Positions 1-10,247 of a DNA stretch of 64,000 nucleotides are shown here, piece by piece. The stretch's first letter is position 1. Each line of letters begins with the position of its first letter. Source of the DNA: an uncultured candidatus Porisulfidus sp. Lineage in GTDB: Bacteria; Pseudomonadota; Gammaproteobacteria; Poriferisulfidales; Oxydemutatoraceae. Location of the stretch: contig OZ244052.1 of assembly GCA_965215125.1 (NCBI GenBank), forward strand, positions 1,952,001 to 2,016,000, in the 5' to 3' direction. The notes beneath the pieces are model-generated. The model saw only the letters and a program-made list of their open reading frames with translations, was not told the DNA's origin and did no database searches. The position numbers were made by a program, and so were the translations under genes.

Positions 1-3000
1 CCTTGTAGCGATGAGCCGGATCTATACTTTGGAAGTGACGCGAGCTAAAAGTAGCGATGCGAGCTTGAGGTCGCTTACCGTCGAGCGTGCCGACCCGGAA
101 GAGTTGGTATCGGAAGCCGACCGAGACGAGTATACTGCGACCGTAGGTGTGGATGTGGTAAATACGACCGTGACCGTAGTTGCTAACGATGAATTTGCAA
201 CGGTGACGATTACCGATACCGAAAACGACACGCTGCTCGCTGAAGGAAGGCAAAGTACAGCAACTAGGATTACTTTAGAGAAGACCGGTGCTTCCAGAAC
301 CCTGCAAATCGTAGTGACTGCGCAAAACGACATGACGAGTACTTATACTTTGACGGTGGTGCGCGCCGAGAGCTCGGATGCGAGCTTGGCTTCGCTGAGC
401 GTGGAGAACACCATTTCAAGTGATTTAGAAGTGGTAGACAATAAAACCTTATATACTGCGACCGTAGGTGCGGATGTGGTAAACACAACCGTGACCGCCG
501 TTGCAAACAATACATCTGCAACAGTGACGATTACCGAAAACGGCATACTTGTCGCCGGAGGAGATGATCGCAGGGCAGAAAGAAGTATTACTTTAGCTCG
601 GAGAGGAGACACTAAAACCTTGCAGATTAAGGTGACCGCACAAAATGGCATGACGAGTCGGACTTATACTTTGATAGTAGCCCGAGGGGTGAGTCTGGAT
701 GCGAGCTTGGCTTCGCTGAGCGTCGAGAACACCATTTCAAGTGATTTAGAAGTGGTAGACAATAAAACCTTATATACTGCGACGGTAGGTGTGGATGTGG
801 CAAATACGACTGTGACCGTAGTTGCTAACGATGAATTTGCAACGGTGAGGATTACCGATACCGAAAACGACACGCTGCTCGCTGAAGGAGTGCAAAGTAC
901 GGCAACTAGGATTACTTTAGAAGAAACCGGAGTTCGTAAAACCTTGCAGATTAAGGTGATTGCAGAGAGTCCCACGACGAGTCAAACTTATACCTTGACA
1001 GTGGTGCGTGCCGATAGCACGGATGCGAGCTTGGCTTCGCTGAGCGTCGAGAATACCATCTCAAGCGATTTAGAAGTGGTAGACAACAAAACCTTATATA
1101 CTGCAACCCTAGCCGAGGATGTGGCAAATACGACCGTGACCGCAGTTGCCGGCAATCGATTTGCGACGGTGACGATTACCGAGATTACCGAGAACAATAT
1201 GCCGTTCGCCGAAGGAGTTGAAAGAGCAATAGGGAGAGCCACCCTAGACCGGACCGGAGACACTAGAACCTTCGAAATTAGAGTGACCGCACAAAACCGT
1301 GTAGCGATGAGCCGGATCTATACTTTGGAAGTGACGCGAGCTAAAAGTAGCGATGCGAGCTTGAGGTCGCTGAGCGTCGAGAATACCATCTCAAGCGATT
1401 TAGAAGTGGTAGACAACAAAACCTTATATACTGCGACCCTAGCCGAGGATGTGGTAAATACGACCGTGACCGTCGTTGCTAACGATGAATTTGCAATGGT
1501 GAGGATTACCGATACCACCGATACCGAAAACGACATACTACTTGCTCGAGGAGGTCAAAGTACAGCGACCAGGATTACTTTAGAAGAGACCGGAGATCGT
1601 AGAACCTTAGACATTGAAGTGACCGCACAAGACGGCATGACGAGTACTTATACCTTGACGGTGACGCGCGCCGAGAGTTCGGATGCGAGCTTGAGGTCGC
1701 TGAGCGTCGAGAATACCATCTCAAGCGATTTAGAAGTGGTAGACAACAAAACATTATATACTGCAACCCTACCCGAAGATGTGGCAAATACGACCGTGAC
1801 CGTCGTCGCTAACGAATTTGCAACGGTGGAAATCACCTTAGACGAAGATACCGTTTCTAACGGCAATAGCGCAAGCAGACCTGTTGTTATTGATGAGACC
1901 GGTGCTTCCAGAACCCTGCAAATCGTAGTGACTGCGCAAGACGGCACGATGAGTCCGATTTATACCTTAACGATAAACCGTGCGGAAAGTTCCAATGACG
2001 ATTTAAGTGAGTTGCAGTTGCTCGATATAAACAATGTGAATCTACTGCCGGACTTTGATCCTACGAGCGAAACACAAACCTATAGGCTTACGGTTGCTAA
2101 TACGACCACCGGCACTAGAGTGGTTGCTACAGCCCATCCGAGAGCGGTAATCGAGGTCGACGTAGACGGTGTAGAGACTACCGCCACCGGCACGATTAAC
2201 AGAAAGTTTGATTTGGAAGAAGTCGAAGTAGAAAAACGAATTCGTATCGTGGTTACTCCGCAAGACCGTAGTACGCCCCGAGGCTATACCGTGTTCGTTA
2301 AGCGTGCCAGAGCGGCTGCAACGAATGCAAACTTAGCAAGTATTACACTTTCTTTGGATAGCGACACGCCTCTCCTAACATTGACATCACCCGACGAAGG
2401 TACGAGCGCAACATATTCGGCGCGTATCATGGGGACAGCCGAGCGTGAAGTCCGGACCATAACACAAATCATAGTATCGCCGCGTCCCGAAGACGGAGGT
2501 GCGACGATTAGTATAGAAGACGATGAGGCGGTATCTATGCCCGATAAAATTGTCATGTTGAAAGCTGATCTCGATACATCGGAAGCACCGATAGCTATTA
2601 AAGTCATTGCCGAAGATAGAACGACATCTGCGACTTATAGCTTGGTGATAACCCGAGTGAGCAGTTCGGATGACAAGTTAGGAAATCTTGAGTTGAGACC
2701 TCAAGGCTTGACGCTAAGTCCACCGTTTAATAGCAGTACATTGCCATACACGGTGATGGGAAATATCGGAGCAGAACTTATATTGAGTGTGACTTCCGGT
2801 TTGGGTCAGCAGATTATAATAGGAGACGATGGGACACCCCTTATCGATGCCGGTTCGGAGGCAATAACCACATCTACACCCGTTGCTTTAGAATACGGAG
2901 AGAATACGATTGAGATTTTGGTAATTGCTCAAAACCGTATAACGAGTCAAACTTATATCTTGACTGCATTTCGTCCGGTGGTTTTGGAGGATTTAGATTT

Positions 3001-4000
3001 GGAGGGACTCGGTGATGGCGATGCATATAGTTTTGATCCTTTTGAAAGAAACTATGCGGTGAGGATTTCTACTCGAACGTTGGTGGTCACTCCGGTGATA
3101 CCTATGGATAGCAATATTGGATATACAATTTCTGAAGGAAGTACTATGCTAACGCCAAATGCCCCTGCATCCATTACGATTCCCGAAGGGGAAACCAGAG
3201 CTATCACCATAGCACTGGAAGCATCGAACGGAACGACGAACAGCTATGTGGTGACCGCGACTCGTGAAGATAGTAGTGATACTAGTTTGCAGACATTAAC
3301 GGTAGACAACGGAATGCCTGTCATTGATACTAACGACCCGCTAAGATATCTTGTGGAATTAGCAACTAATGTAGAAAAGACGACCATAACCGCAGTTGCT
3401 AATAATACGAATGCAAGATTGACAATCGGTGAAGTAGGAAATACTCCGAGTGATCCGGATCGCTCGGTGAGTCTACCGATTACGATTGCCGCCGGAACAC
3501 ATAAAGATGTCACTATTACCGTGACCGCACAAAACGATAGTACCCAAACTTATACCGTGGCTATATCTCGTGCCTCTGCGATGGGCATCAACGACACGGG
3601 AATTAGTCTCACATTGTCCGGAATAAGTGACTTAAATCCTGATCCCAATACTACGATGGGCTACATCGGCACCCTGAGTGACAATACTACGAATACCGAA
3701 GTATCTGCATTGGCAACTGTTAACGGCATAAGTATTCAAAGCATTCGCGTGAATACGAACACCACTGAATATATCAAGGATGGCACTTCTCAAGACCTAG
3801 ATGAAAATCTTAGCGTTATTTCTAATCCTAATATCCCGGTGGGAAATGGAACCACATTTACTATCTTAGTAAGACGCAGCGATAATACCGAAGATGGCTA
3901 CACCGAAGCGGAGTATACCGTTAATGTAGAAGGAACCACAGACCCCGGTACCGGTATTAGAATCAGAGCCAAGGTGTTCTTGGAAGGTCCACTGCAATAA
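1..4000 (+). CDS. Giant surface/adhesin-like protein with about 12 cadherin-like beta-sandwich repeats; 5' end lies outside the window
   Basis: Repeated ~105-aa units S-x-DASL-x-SL...YTA...TTVT...V(T/I)AQ(N/D)...YTL-x-V-x-R. The frame is open from position 2, and the M at 11 matches the internal repeat junction VAMSRIYTLEV at ~1300. Confidence 0.85.
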   Translation, partial: LVAMSRIYTLEVTRAKSSDASLRSLTVERADPEELVSEADRDEYTATVGVDVVNTTVTVVANDEFATVTITDTENDTLLAEGRQSTATRITLEKTGASRTLQIVVTAQNDMTSTYTLTVVRAESSDASLASLSVENTISSDLEVVDNKTLYTATVGADVVNTTVTAVANNTSATVTITENGILVAGGDDRRAERSITLARRGDTKTLQIKVTAQNGMTSRTYTLIVARGVSLDASLASLSVENTISSDLEVVDNKTLYTATVGVDVANTTVTVVANDEFATVRITDTENDTLLAEGVQSTATRITLEETGVRKTLQIKVIAESPTTSQTYTLTVVRADSTDASLASLSVENTISSDLEVVDNKTLYTATLAEDVANTTVTAVAGNRFATVTITEITENNMPFAEGVERAIGRATLDRTGDTRTFEIRVTAQNRVAMSRIYTLEVTRAKSSDASLRSLSVENTISSDLEVVDNKTLYTATLAEDVVNTTVTVVANDEFAMVRITDTTDTENDILLARGGQSTATRITLEETGDRRTLDIEVTAQDGMTSTYTLTVTRAESSDASLRSLSVENTISSDLEVVDNKTLYTATLPEDVANTTVTVVANEFATVEITLDEDTVSNGNSASRPVVIDETGASRTLQIVVTAQDGTMSPIYTLTINRAESSNDDLSELQLLDINNVNLLPDFDPTSETQTYRLTVANTTTGTRVVATAHPRAVIEVDVDGVETTATGTINRKFDLEEVEVEKRIRIVVTPQDRSTPRGYTVFVKRARAAATNANLASITLSLDSDTPLLTLTSPDEGTSATYSARIMGTAEREVRTITQIIVSPRPEDGGATISIEDDEAVSMPDKIVMLKADLDTSEAPIAIKVIAEDRTTSATYSLVITRVSSSDDKLGNLELRPQGLTLSPPFNSSTLPYTVMGNIGAELILSVTSGLGQQIIIGDDGTPLIDAGSEAITTSTPVALEYGENTIEILVIAQNRITSQTYILTAFRPVVLEDLDLEGLGDGDAYSFDPFERNYAVRISTRTLVVTPVIPMDSNIGYTISEGSTMLTPNAPASITIPEGETRAITIALEASNGTTNSYVVTATREDSSDTSLQTLTVDNGMPVIDTNDPLRYLVELATNVEKTTITAVANNTNARLTIGEVGNTPSDPDRSVSLPITIAAGTHKDVTITVTAQNDSTQTYTVAISRASAMGINDTGISLTLSGISDLNPDPNTTMGYIGTLSDNTTNTEVSALATVNGISIQSIRVNTNTTEYIKDGTSQDLDENLSVISNPNIPVGNGTTFTILVRRSDNTEDGYTEAEYTVNVEGTTDPGTGIRIRAKVFLEGPLQ

Positions 4001-4014
4001 AAAGTGGGGTTGAA

Positions 4015-4042
4015 GTGGCAGGCTTCGCCTGACGGGGTGGTT
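4015..4042. repeat. Fragment of the dispersed palindromic repeat (GTGGCAGGC-nnn-GCCTGACGGGGTGGTT module)
   Basis: Same module at ~5143, ~29065, ~29160, ~46121 and in reverse at ~41530-41555. Confidence 0.75.
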
Positions 4043-4204
4043 CACAATCACTATGTACTCCATAATTACGCAAGCCACCTATCCGCCCGAATGTGCCGGC
4101 ATATTTTCCCGGCGGATAAAATGACAAGTATTCTATGCTATACTACCTTCTATTTACGATAACTGAATATTTAACCGACAACTTAAGACTCAAGGAGGTG
4201 CATT

Positions 4205-5068
4205 ATGGATGTCAATATCAATCTCAACGGATTAGACTTAAAAATCAACGTTGAAAAAGCCGGTTCAGGCAAAACTGCTTTATTAATGGTTCATGGGATT
4301 CCGACAAATGCGCGTTTGTGGCGACATTTGCAGGAACACCTGAAAGATGACTACACCAGCTATGCGATGGACATGGTCGGCTATGGAATGTCCGATATGC
4401 CACTGGATGATTTTGAACATACACTGACTAACCAAGCGGAAGCCATCCGCGCGGTGATAGAAGCCCTAGACCTTAAAGGCAAAGTAATCCTCTTGGCACA
4501 CGACCACGGCGGCGGTGCCGCACAAATTTTGGCATCGAAGTACTGCGACCATATAAGTCGTCTGGTGCTAATCAACCCGGTAGCATTTGACTACTGGCCG
4601 GTGCTTGAAGTAGAAGGCTTTAATGGCTTGGTGGGTGCTAGCGACGAAGTTCTGCAAGGTGCTATGGCGCAGGCTGCTGCAGGCTTCGGTATGCTACTAC
4701 GCACCGGTAGCCACGACAAAATTGCTTTTACCGACCAAAATGTCAAGCAAAACTACTTGCAGTTTTGGGCTCGCGGACCGGGCTTAACCGGCTTCAAGTC
4801 TTTGGTTAAAGTCTGTAGCCAACCCGGCAATCAAGAAACCCTGTCGGTAGATCACTCTCAAATCAAATGCCCGACGCTAATCTGCTGGGCATTACACGAT
4901 GCGTGGATGCCCAAGGAATCCGGGATACGCCTCAAAGCTGCAATCGCAGGTCCGGTGAGACTCGAGTTCATAGAAAGAGCAGGGCATTATGTGCTGGAAG
5001 ACCGACCCGATGCAGTCGCAGCCCATGTGCATGACTTTATCACCGAATGGGAAGGCATCTCTTTATAA
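4205..5068 (+). CDS. Alpha/beta-fold hydrolase, epoxide hydrolase/haloalkane dehalogenase-like
   Basis: HGIP oxyanion motif, AHDHGGG Asp nucleophile elbow, C-terminal AGHYVLED catalytic His; AGGAGG RBS. Confidence 0.85.
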   Translation: MDVNINLNGLDLKINVEKAGSGKTALLMVHGIPTNARLWRHLQEHLKDDYTSYAMDMVGYGMSDMPLDDFEHTLTNQAEAIRAVIEALDLKGKVILLAHDHGGGAAQILASKYCDHISRLVLINPVAFDYWPVLEVEGFNGLVGASDEVLQGAMAQAAAGFGMLLRTGSHDKIAFTDQNVKQNYLQFWARGPGLTGFKSLVKVCSQPGNQETLSVDHSQIKCPTLICWALHDAWMPKESGIRLKAAIAGPVRLEFIERAGHYVLEDRPDAVAAHVHDFITEWEGISL

Positions 5069-5098
5069 AGCCTCTATAAATCACCCGTAGTTGTGATA

Positions 5099-5361
5099 CA
5101 TTCCCCTCCTTGTAGGGACGGACTCGTATGTCCGCCCTTAGGGTGGCAGGCGCAGCCTGACGGGGTGGTTGTGTCGTGTCTGCATGATTTATACATTCAT
5201 CCATCCAATTTATGGAAACCAAAAACAAATGGCGCAAGCGATTACGGCTGTGCAGAACGGCACTTAAGGGCAGACATATCAGTCTGCTCCTACAGGTGGG
5301 TTGGATAATTATACGGCGCATAGCGATTGGGTTCGTGCAAAACGGTATTTTTTCAACAGCC
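5099..5361. repeat. Composite REP/MITE-like repeat containing two empty IS110 target hairpins
   Basis: CATTCCCCTCC module, GTAGGGACGGAC-TCGTAT-GTCCGCCCT hairpin (5112-5139), AGGGCAGAC-ATATCA-GTCTGCTCCT hairpin (5267-5291), terminal TTTTTCAACAGCC. Confidence 0.85.
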
Positions 5362-5369
5362 AAAGTATC

Positions 5370-6047
5370 TTATCGGGTATGCACCACACGCGACACCAGC
5401 GTTCCGGTATAGATGGCATTCGCGGTTAACGCGCCGGCAATACCTATCTCGGATAAAATATTCAAGTCGTCTCGGTCTCGTATACCTCCGCCTGCATAAA
5501 TTTCTCCCCGATAGCGACTGCGCAACTGTTTTAAGCAAGCGATATCGGCACCGCTTCGGCTACCGATGCGATCTAGGCACAAAACGATAATGCGCGACGG
5601 CCAATAGCGGATCTGTGTTAAGACATTGTGTCCGATCAATTGCCCATTCTTAAAATCCAACGACAGAATGTAGCGTTCACCGACAAAGCGATCCAAGTCT
5701 TCGGTTAAGGTTTCGGTACCTATGACCTTGACTACCGATTGAGGCATTTCCAACGATCTAAACTGAGCATAGTTGCCGATCCCTGCATCCAGCCAAAACT
5801 CAATTTCGGGAAATTGTTTGCATAAATCGGAAATCAAATTATGATGATTGCCTTGTTTATTAATCACATCTAGATCCGCTAGATATATAATATCGGTGTC
5901 TAATAATTTTAATAGAGTTTGTATTACTTTCACGGCAGAAGCATGCGGAAAAAGTTCGCTATGCAACGGGCGATATTTTTGACGTATTCCGCCCTGTGCT
6001 TGAACTACTACACCTCCCATTAAATCTATTGCAGGTATTAGTTTCAT
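5370..6047 (-). CDS. HisA/HisF-like TIM barrel of H4MPT-linked C1 clusters (Orf17-like)
   Basis: IPAIDLMGGVVV, IYLADLD, FWLDAG, YAGGGIR motifs; adjacent to Orf1/Orf9-like genes. Confidence 0.8.
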   Translation of the reverse strand: MKLIPAIDLMGGVVVQAQGGIRQKYRPLHSELFPHASAVKVIQTLLKLLDTDIIYLADLDVINKQGNHHNLISDLCKQFPEIEFWLDAGIGNYAQFRSLEMPQSVVKVIGTETLTEDLDRFVGERYILSLDFKNGQLIGHNVLTQIRYWPSRIIVLCLDRIGSRSGADIACLKQLRSRYRGEIYAGGGIRDRDDLNILSEIGIAGALTANAIYTGTLVSRVVHTR

Positions 6048-6065
6048 CGTTGAAAATATAAGGTC

Positions 6066-7046
6066 ATGAGAGTAGTCATATTCGAGTATACCAGTAGCGG
6101 CATCTGTAAACCCGAGTCATTATATCCCGACCTAATCAAGGAGGCGGATTTAATGGTCAACGAGTTGGGGCAGCAGATGAGGGAAGCAGGCTGTGATTTA
6201 GTGCTATTTCGCAGTCCGTCTTTGCCGCCGCCGTTATTCGAAGCCGAGATTATATCGCTCGACGGGACCGATGATTGGCATGCTATCTTGGAAGACCAAC
6301 TTCACAGGGCGGATGCCTATATACCGCTTGCCCCGGAAAGCGATGCTTTGCTCGAGAATTTATGCCTCAAAGCGGAACAAACACACTGCACTTTATTGAA
6401 TACATCGGCGCATACGGTACGCGAGACCTCTAATAAACACTATACCTTGAAACGATTGGCAGCGCATCGCATTCCTTGCATAGGTTGCTACCCTATAGAC
6501 CAATGCACTTTCCCAATGTCCGAAGATTGGGTTATCAAGCCGAATAACGGCTTTGCTTGTGAGCATACTTTTTTGATACGTTCCGGCGATATGCCGACAT
6601 CGGCACAAAAGCAGCATGCACAAATATGTCAACCTTATTTGCAAGGCACAAATGCCAGTTTGAGCATAATCTATGCAGCCGATTCCAAACCGTGTATCTT
6701 GGGTGTCAACCGCCAAGAAATCACCGTAGGAGAGCAGGATTGTTTTCAATTGATTACTTGTCATGTCAATGCGCTTGCACATCTGGAACTGGATTTTGAA
6801 GGTCTAGCTGCCGATGTGCAGAAATGTTTTACCGGCTTGCTCGGCTATGTGGGTATTGATATTATCATTCATGACGACACATCCTATGTATTAGAGATTA
6901 ACCCGCGCCTGACGACTTCTTTTGCCGGTCTTGCAAAGACCACCGGTGTCAATCCATGTGCGATGCTACTGGCAGCTGTTTGTGGTGAACCACTGCCGTG
7001 TCCTAAGCGAAGCGAGTTCACCGACTATAAGGTCGGTATAACTTAA
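6066..7046 (+). CDS. ATP-grasp protein, MfnD/Orf1-like (methanofuran biosynthesis)
   Basis: IFEY, LAPE, VIKPNNG, GYVGID, EINPRLTTS motifs; cluster context. Confidence 0.8.
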   Translation: MRVVIFEYTSSGICKPESLYPDLIKEADLMVNELGQQMREAGCDLVLFRSPSLPPPLFEAEIISLDGTDDWHAILEDQLHRADAYIPLAPESDALLENLCLKAEQTHCTLLNTSAHTVRETSNKHYTLKRLAAHRIPCIGCYPIDQCTFPMSEDWVIKPNNGFACEHTFLIRSGDMPTSAQKQHAQICQPYLQGTNASLSIIYAADSKPCILGVNRQEITVGEQDCFQLITCHVNALAHLELDFEGLAADVQKCFTGLLGYVGIDIIIHDDTSYVLEINPRLTTSFAGLAKTTGVNPCAMLLAAVCGEPLPCPKRSEFTDYKVGIT

Positions 7047-8120
7047 ATGACTAAAGCCGGTATATGCGCCGAGCCACAGAATTATATAGGGTGGGATATA
7101 GGGGGGGCGCACTTGAAGGTGGCGCAGTTATCATCTGATACTCATGTAAAGGCAGTAATACAAATCGCATGCCCTTTGTGGCAAGGTATCGATGAATTGG
7201 AACGAGCATACCGAAAGGCATGCAAAGAGATATCCATTTCAAGTAGTATCACCGACCCTATCCACATTGTTACGATGACCGGTGAACTAGCCGATAGTTT
7301 CAGCGATAGGAAGCAGGGCGTATATCGCATCTTAGATACCATGTATCGTTTATTAGGGCAACCTTATAAGGTCTATGCAAGTGATAAAGGCATATTGAAT
7401 CATGACGACGTATCCGATGTAGAATCGGTTGCATCCCGAAACTGGCAAGCGACTGCCGAATGGCTTGCGATGAATTGTGAAGAAGGCATATTGGTGGATA
7501 TGGGTAGCACCACAACCGATTTAGTGCCCTTTAAGCACGGATTTATAGAGGTTCAAGGATATGACGATGCGATGCGGATGCAACACGGAGAATTAATTTA
7601 TACCGGCATCAGTAGAACACCGGTCATGGCAATTTCGGATCATTTCAATATAGATAGCGTTAATTATCCGATTATAGCAGAAAATTTTGCGACAATCGCA
7701 GATGTTTACCGAATTTTAGGGCAATTATCGGAAGATGATGACTTATATCCTACCTGCGACCATAATGCTAAAACAGTCTCGGCAAGTGCGAGGCGCTTGG
7801 AGAGAATGTTTGGTATTGATTGGGCAGGGGATCTGGATACGACACGTGCTAAAGCTCGGGCGATTGCCGAGGCACAGCAGCAAAAAATTAGCCATGCGCT
7901 CGATACTTTGATAAGGAGAGCCGAATTATCCGACGGTGCTTATGTTATCGGTGCGGGTTCGGGATATAAGATAGTACAATGTATCGCCGAGCGTCTAGGA
8001 CTAAGTTTTATGCCGTATCATCGTTTGTTAACCAATTTGCCTAAACATTTAGAAGATGTCGTATGCCGTTGTGCGAGTGCCGTGAGTGTTGCAGGTCTGG
8101 CGCACCGAAAGCACCTATAA
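7047..8120 (+). CDS. Hydantoinase/oxoprolinase-family protein, MfnF/Orf9-like
   Basis: GWDIGGAHLK, TMTGELAD, DMGSTTTD, ELIYTG-x-x-RTP motifs. Confidence 0.85.
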   Translation: MTKAGICAEPQNYIGWDIGGAHLKVAQLSSDTHVKAVIQIACPLWQGIDELERAYRKACKEISISSSITDPIHIVTMTGELADSFSDRKQGVYRILDTMYRLLGQPYKVYASDKGILNHDDVSDVESVASRNWQATAEWLAMNCEEGILVDMGSTTTDLVPFKHGFIEVQGYDDAMRMQHGELIYTGISRTPVMAISDHFNIDSVNYPIIAENFATIADVYRILGQLSEDDDLYPTCDHNAKTVSASARRLERMFGIDWAGDLDTTRAKARAIAEAQQQKISHALDTLIRRAELSDGAYVIGAGSGYKIVQCIAERLGLSFMPYHRLLTNLPKHLEDVVCRCASAVSVAGLAHRKHL

Positions 8121-8124
8121 AGAT

Positions 8125-9507
8125 ATGACTAAGTTATGGATCAAGGATTTGGCTTATGCGAGCGACAGCGCAAAGCTATTCGATTGTTTGAGGGGACAGC
8201 CGGGTGCGGTATTTTTGGATAGTGGAAGTCGTCGTCGGGATGCGCGCTACGATATTCTGACGGCGTGCCCTTCGCGCCTGATTCGCAGCAAAGACGGCAT
8301 CACGACCGTGGAATATGCCGATGGACGCTCTCAAAGCTATACCGAAGATCCCTTTGAGGTCGTGCGCATACAACTCGCTTTTGATGAAATAGAAAACGAT
8401 AACGAACTGCCTTTTCATGGTGGTGCGATCGGTTATTTCGGATACGATTTGGGTCGTCGCATAGAAAAGTTGCCGCACTATGCAAGCGATTCCGACGGTC
8501 TGCCGGAGCTAATGCTCGGGATATACGATTGGGCGGTTGTCAACGACCATCTACGCAAGCGAACTTGCCTGGTCGCATATCCGAGTGATCAATTCGGCAT
8601 AAAAGATTTTAGTCGATGGGAGGATTTGTTAAATCAAGCACCGCGCCCTGCGCAAAAATTCGTTTGCAAACAGTTAGGTGTGTTGCAATCTAATATGGAT
8701 CGTGCGACTTACATCAAGTGTTTCAATGCGGTAAAAGAGCATATTTATCAGGGCAACTGCTACCAAATCAATCTGGCACAGAGATTTGCCGTGTCAATGG
8801 AGTGCGATGCTTGGCAGCTGTATTGCCGTTTGCGCTCGATCAATTCCGCCCCGTACTCGGCGTATTTAGATTTCGGGCAATTTCAGGTTTTGAGCATTTC
8901 TCCGGAACGCTTTTTACATTTGCACGAAGGTTATGTTGAGACCAGTCCTATCAAAGGCACCCGCCCGCGGCATCGCGACCCCGACCAAGATAATAAGCAG
9001 GTCGAAGCGTTGTCCAACAGTGCTAAAGATCAAGCCGAGAACCTGATGATCGTCGATTTACTACGCAACGATTTCGGCAAAAGTTGTCGTCCGGGTTCTA
9101 TCACTGCCAAACACTTATTTAATATCGAGAGTTTCGACAATGTGCACCATCTAGTCAGTACGGTCTGCGGAAAGCTTGATAAAAACAAAGATGCTTTGCA
9201 TTTGTTGAAGGACTGTTTTCCCGGTGGTTCTATCACCGGCGCACCCAAGTTACGGGCGATGGAAATTATAGAAGAATTAGAACCGCATCGGCGCGGTGTG
9301 TATTGCGGTTCTATAGGATACTTGAGCCATAATGGCGATATGATGCTCAATATCGCGATCCGCACTGCGATATATCAAAATCGGCAATTCGTGTTTTACG
9401 GCGGCGGTGGCATTGTCGCAGACTCCGATGCCGATTTGGAATATCAGGAGACGATGGACAAGGTGTCGTCTATGACCGACTTGTTAAAAGAAGCCGCAAA
9501 CGAATGA
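8125..9507 (+). CDS. pabB: Aminodeoxychorismate synthase component I
   Basis: FLDSG, SPERFL, PIKGTRPR, AENLMIVDLLRND, FPGGSITGAPK; ATG at 8125 just after the upstream stop. Confidence 0.9.
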   Translation: MTKLWIKDLAYASDSAKLFDCLRGQPGAVFLDSGSRRRDARYDILTACPSRLIRSKDGITTVEYADGRSQSYTEDPFEVVRIQLAFDEIENDNELPFHGGAIGYFGYDLGRRIEKLPHYASDSDGLPELMLGIYDWAVVNDHLRKRTCLVAYPSDQFGIKDFSRWEDLLNQAPRPAQKFVCKQLGVLQSNMDRATYIKCFNAVKEHIYQGNCYQINLAQRFAVSMECDAWQLYCRLRSINSAPYSAYLDFGQFQVLSISPERFLHLHEGYVETSPIKGTRPRHRDPDQDNKQVEALSNSAKDQAENLMIVDLLRNDFGKSCRPGSITAKHLFNIESFDNVHHLVSTVCGKLDKNKDALHLLKDCFPGGSITGAPKLRAMEIIEELEPHRRGVYCGSIGYLSHNGDMMLNIAIRTAIYQNRQFVFYGGGGIVADSDADLEYQETMDKVSSMTDLLKEAANE

Positions 9508-10076
9508 AATGGGTGTTGAAGATCGGCGGCAGCTTGTATCGGCATACCGAGTTGGCAGATGTGCTGGCACAAGCAAAACATCTCTCCCGCGCCTCGGCAA
9601 GATGTACGATCGTACCGGGCGGCGGTCCGTTCGCCGACCAAGTTCGGGTAGCCGATAAACAGTGGCACTTAGACGAGCAAACCGCACATCGAATGGCAAT
9701 ATTGGGAATGCGTCAATACGGCAGATTATTGGCAAGCCTATCACGATTGTCGGTATATTATTCGGATGAACAAAGTAGCGAGCGGTGCGCAATATGGTTG
9801 CCGATAGACCACCCGACACCGACATGTTTGGCTAAAATTCCGCGTCAGCAACTGGATTGGGATTTTACCTCGGACTCAATCGCAATTTGCATGGCGGATT
9901 ATATCGGTGCCGAATATCTGGTTTTGGTAAAAGCAATTTCCGTAGACCAAGCGGGCTCTATCGCAAATTTGGTAGACAAACGTTTCGTCGGTTTGATGCA
10001 AGATAGATCTATGAAAGTTATTTGCCTATCGGTTGAAGAGTGGCTACAAAAGAATACCGCAACATTGTTCTCCTAA
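9504..10076 (+). CDS. Amino-acid-kinase family protein, MfnE/Orf21-like
   Basis: VLKIGGSL, VPGGGPFADQVR, AHRMAILGM, W-x-x-TSDSIA. Confidence 0.8.
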   Translation: MKWVLKIGGSLYRHTELADVLAQAKHLSRASARCTIVPGGGPFADQVRVADKQWHLDEQTAHRMAILGMRQYGRLLASLSRLSVYYSDEQSSERCAIWLPIDHPTPTCLAKIPRQQLDWDFTSDSIAICMADYIGAEYLVLVKAISVDQAGSIANLVDKRFVGLMQDRSMKVICLSVEEWLQKNTATLFS

Positions 10077-10247
10077 AAACTTATATATTTATTTCTCTGA
10101 ATGGACGGCATATTGGGTCTACGAAGCTGCTCGTCGGATATCTTAGGCTATTCGTCGGGTTTAGAATCGATGCCATCCGAGAATCGCTAGTATATTCCTT
10201 GGTTTGCCTTAAGGCATTAATTTACATATAATCCATAGGAGAATAAA

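Noticed and set aside
22-1947. Series of similar ~100-aa minus-strand ORFs
   Set aside because: Antisense shadows of the repetitive adhesin; their periodicity mirrors the plus-strand repeats and no RBS is evident.
5040-5412. Short ORFs over intergenic repeats (also 28910-29316, 41403-41716, 47553-47852, 54937-55215)
   Set aside because: They are translations of palindromic repeat modules; recurring peptides such as SPPVEGW reflect the DNA repeat.
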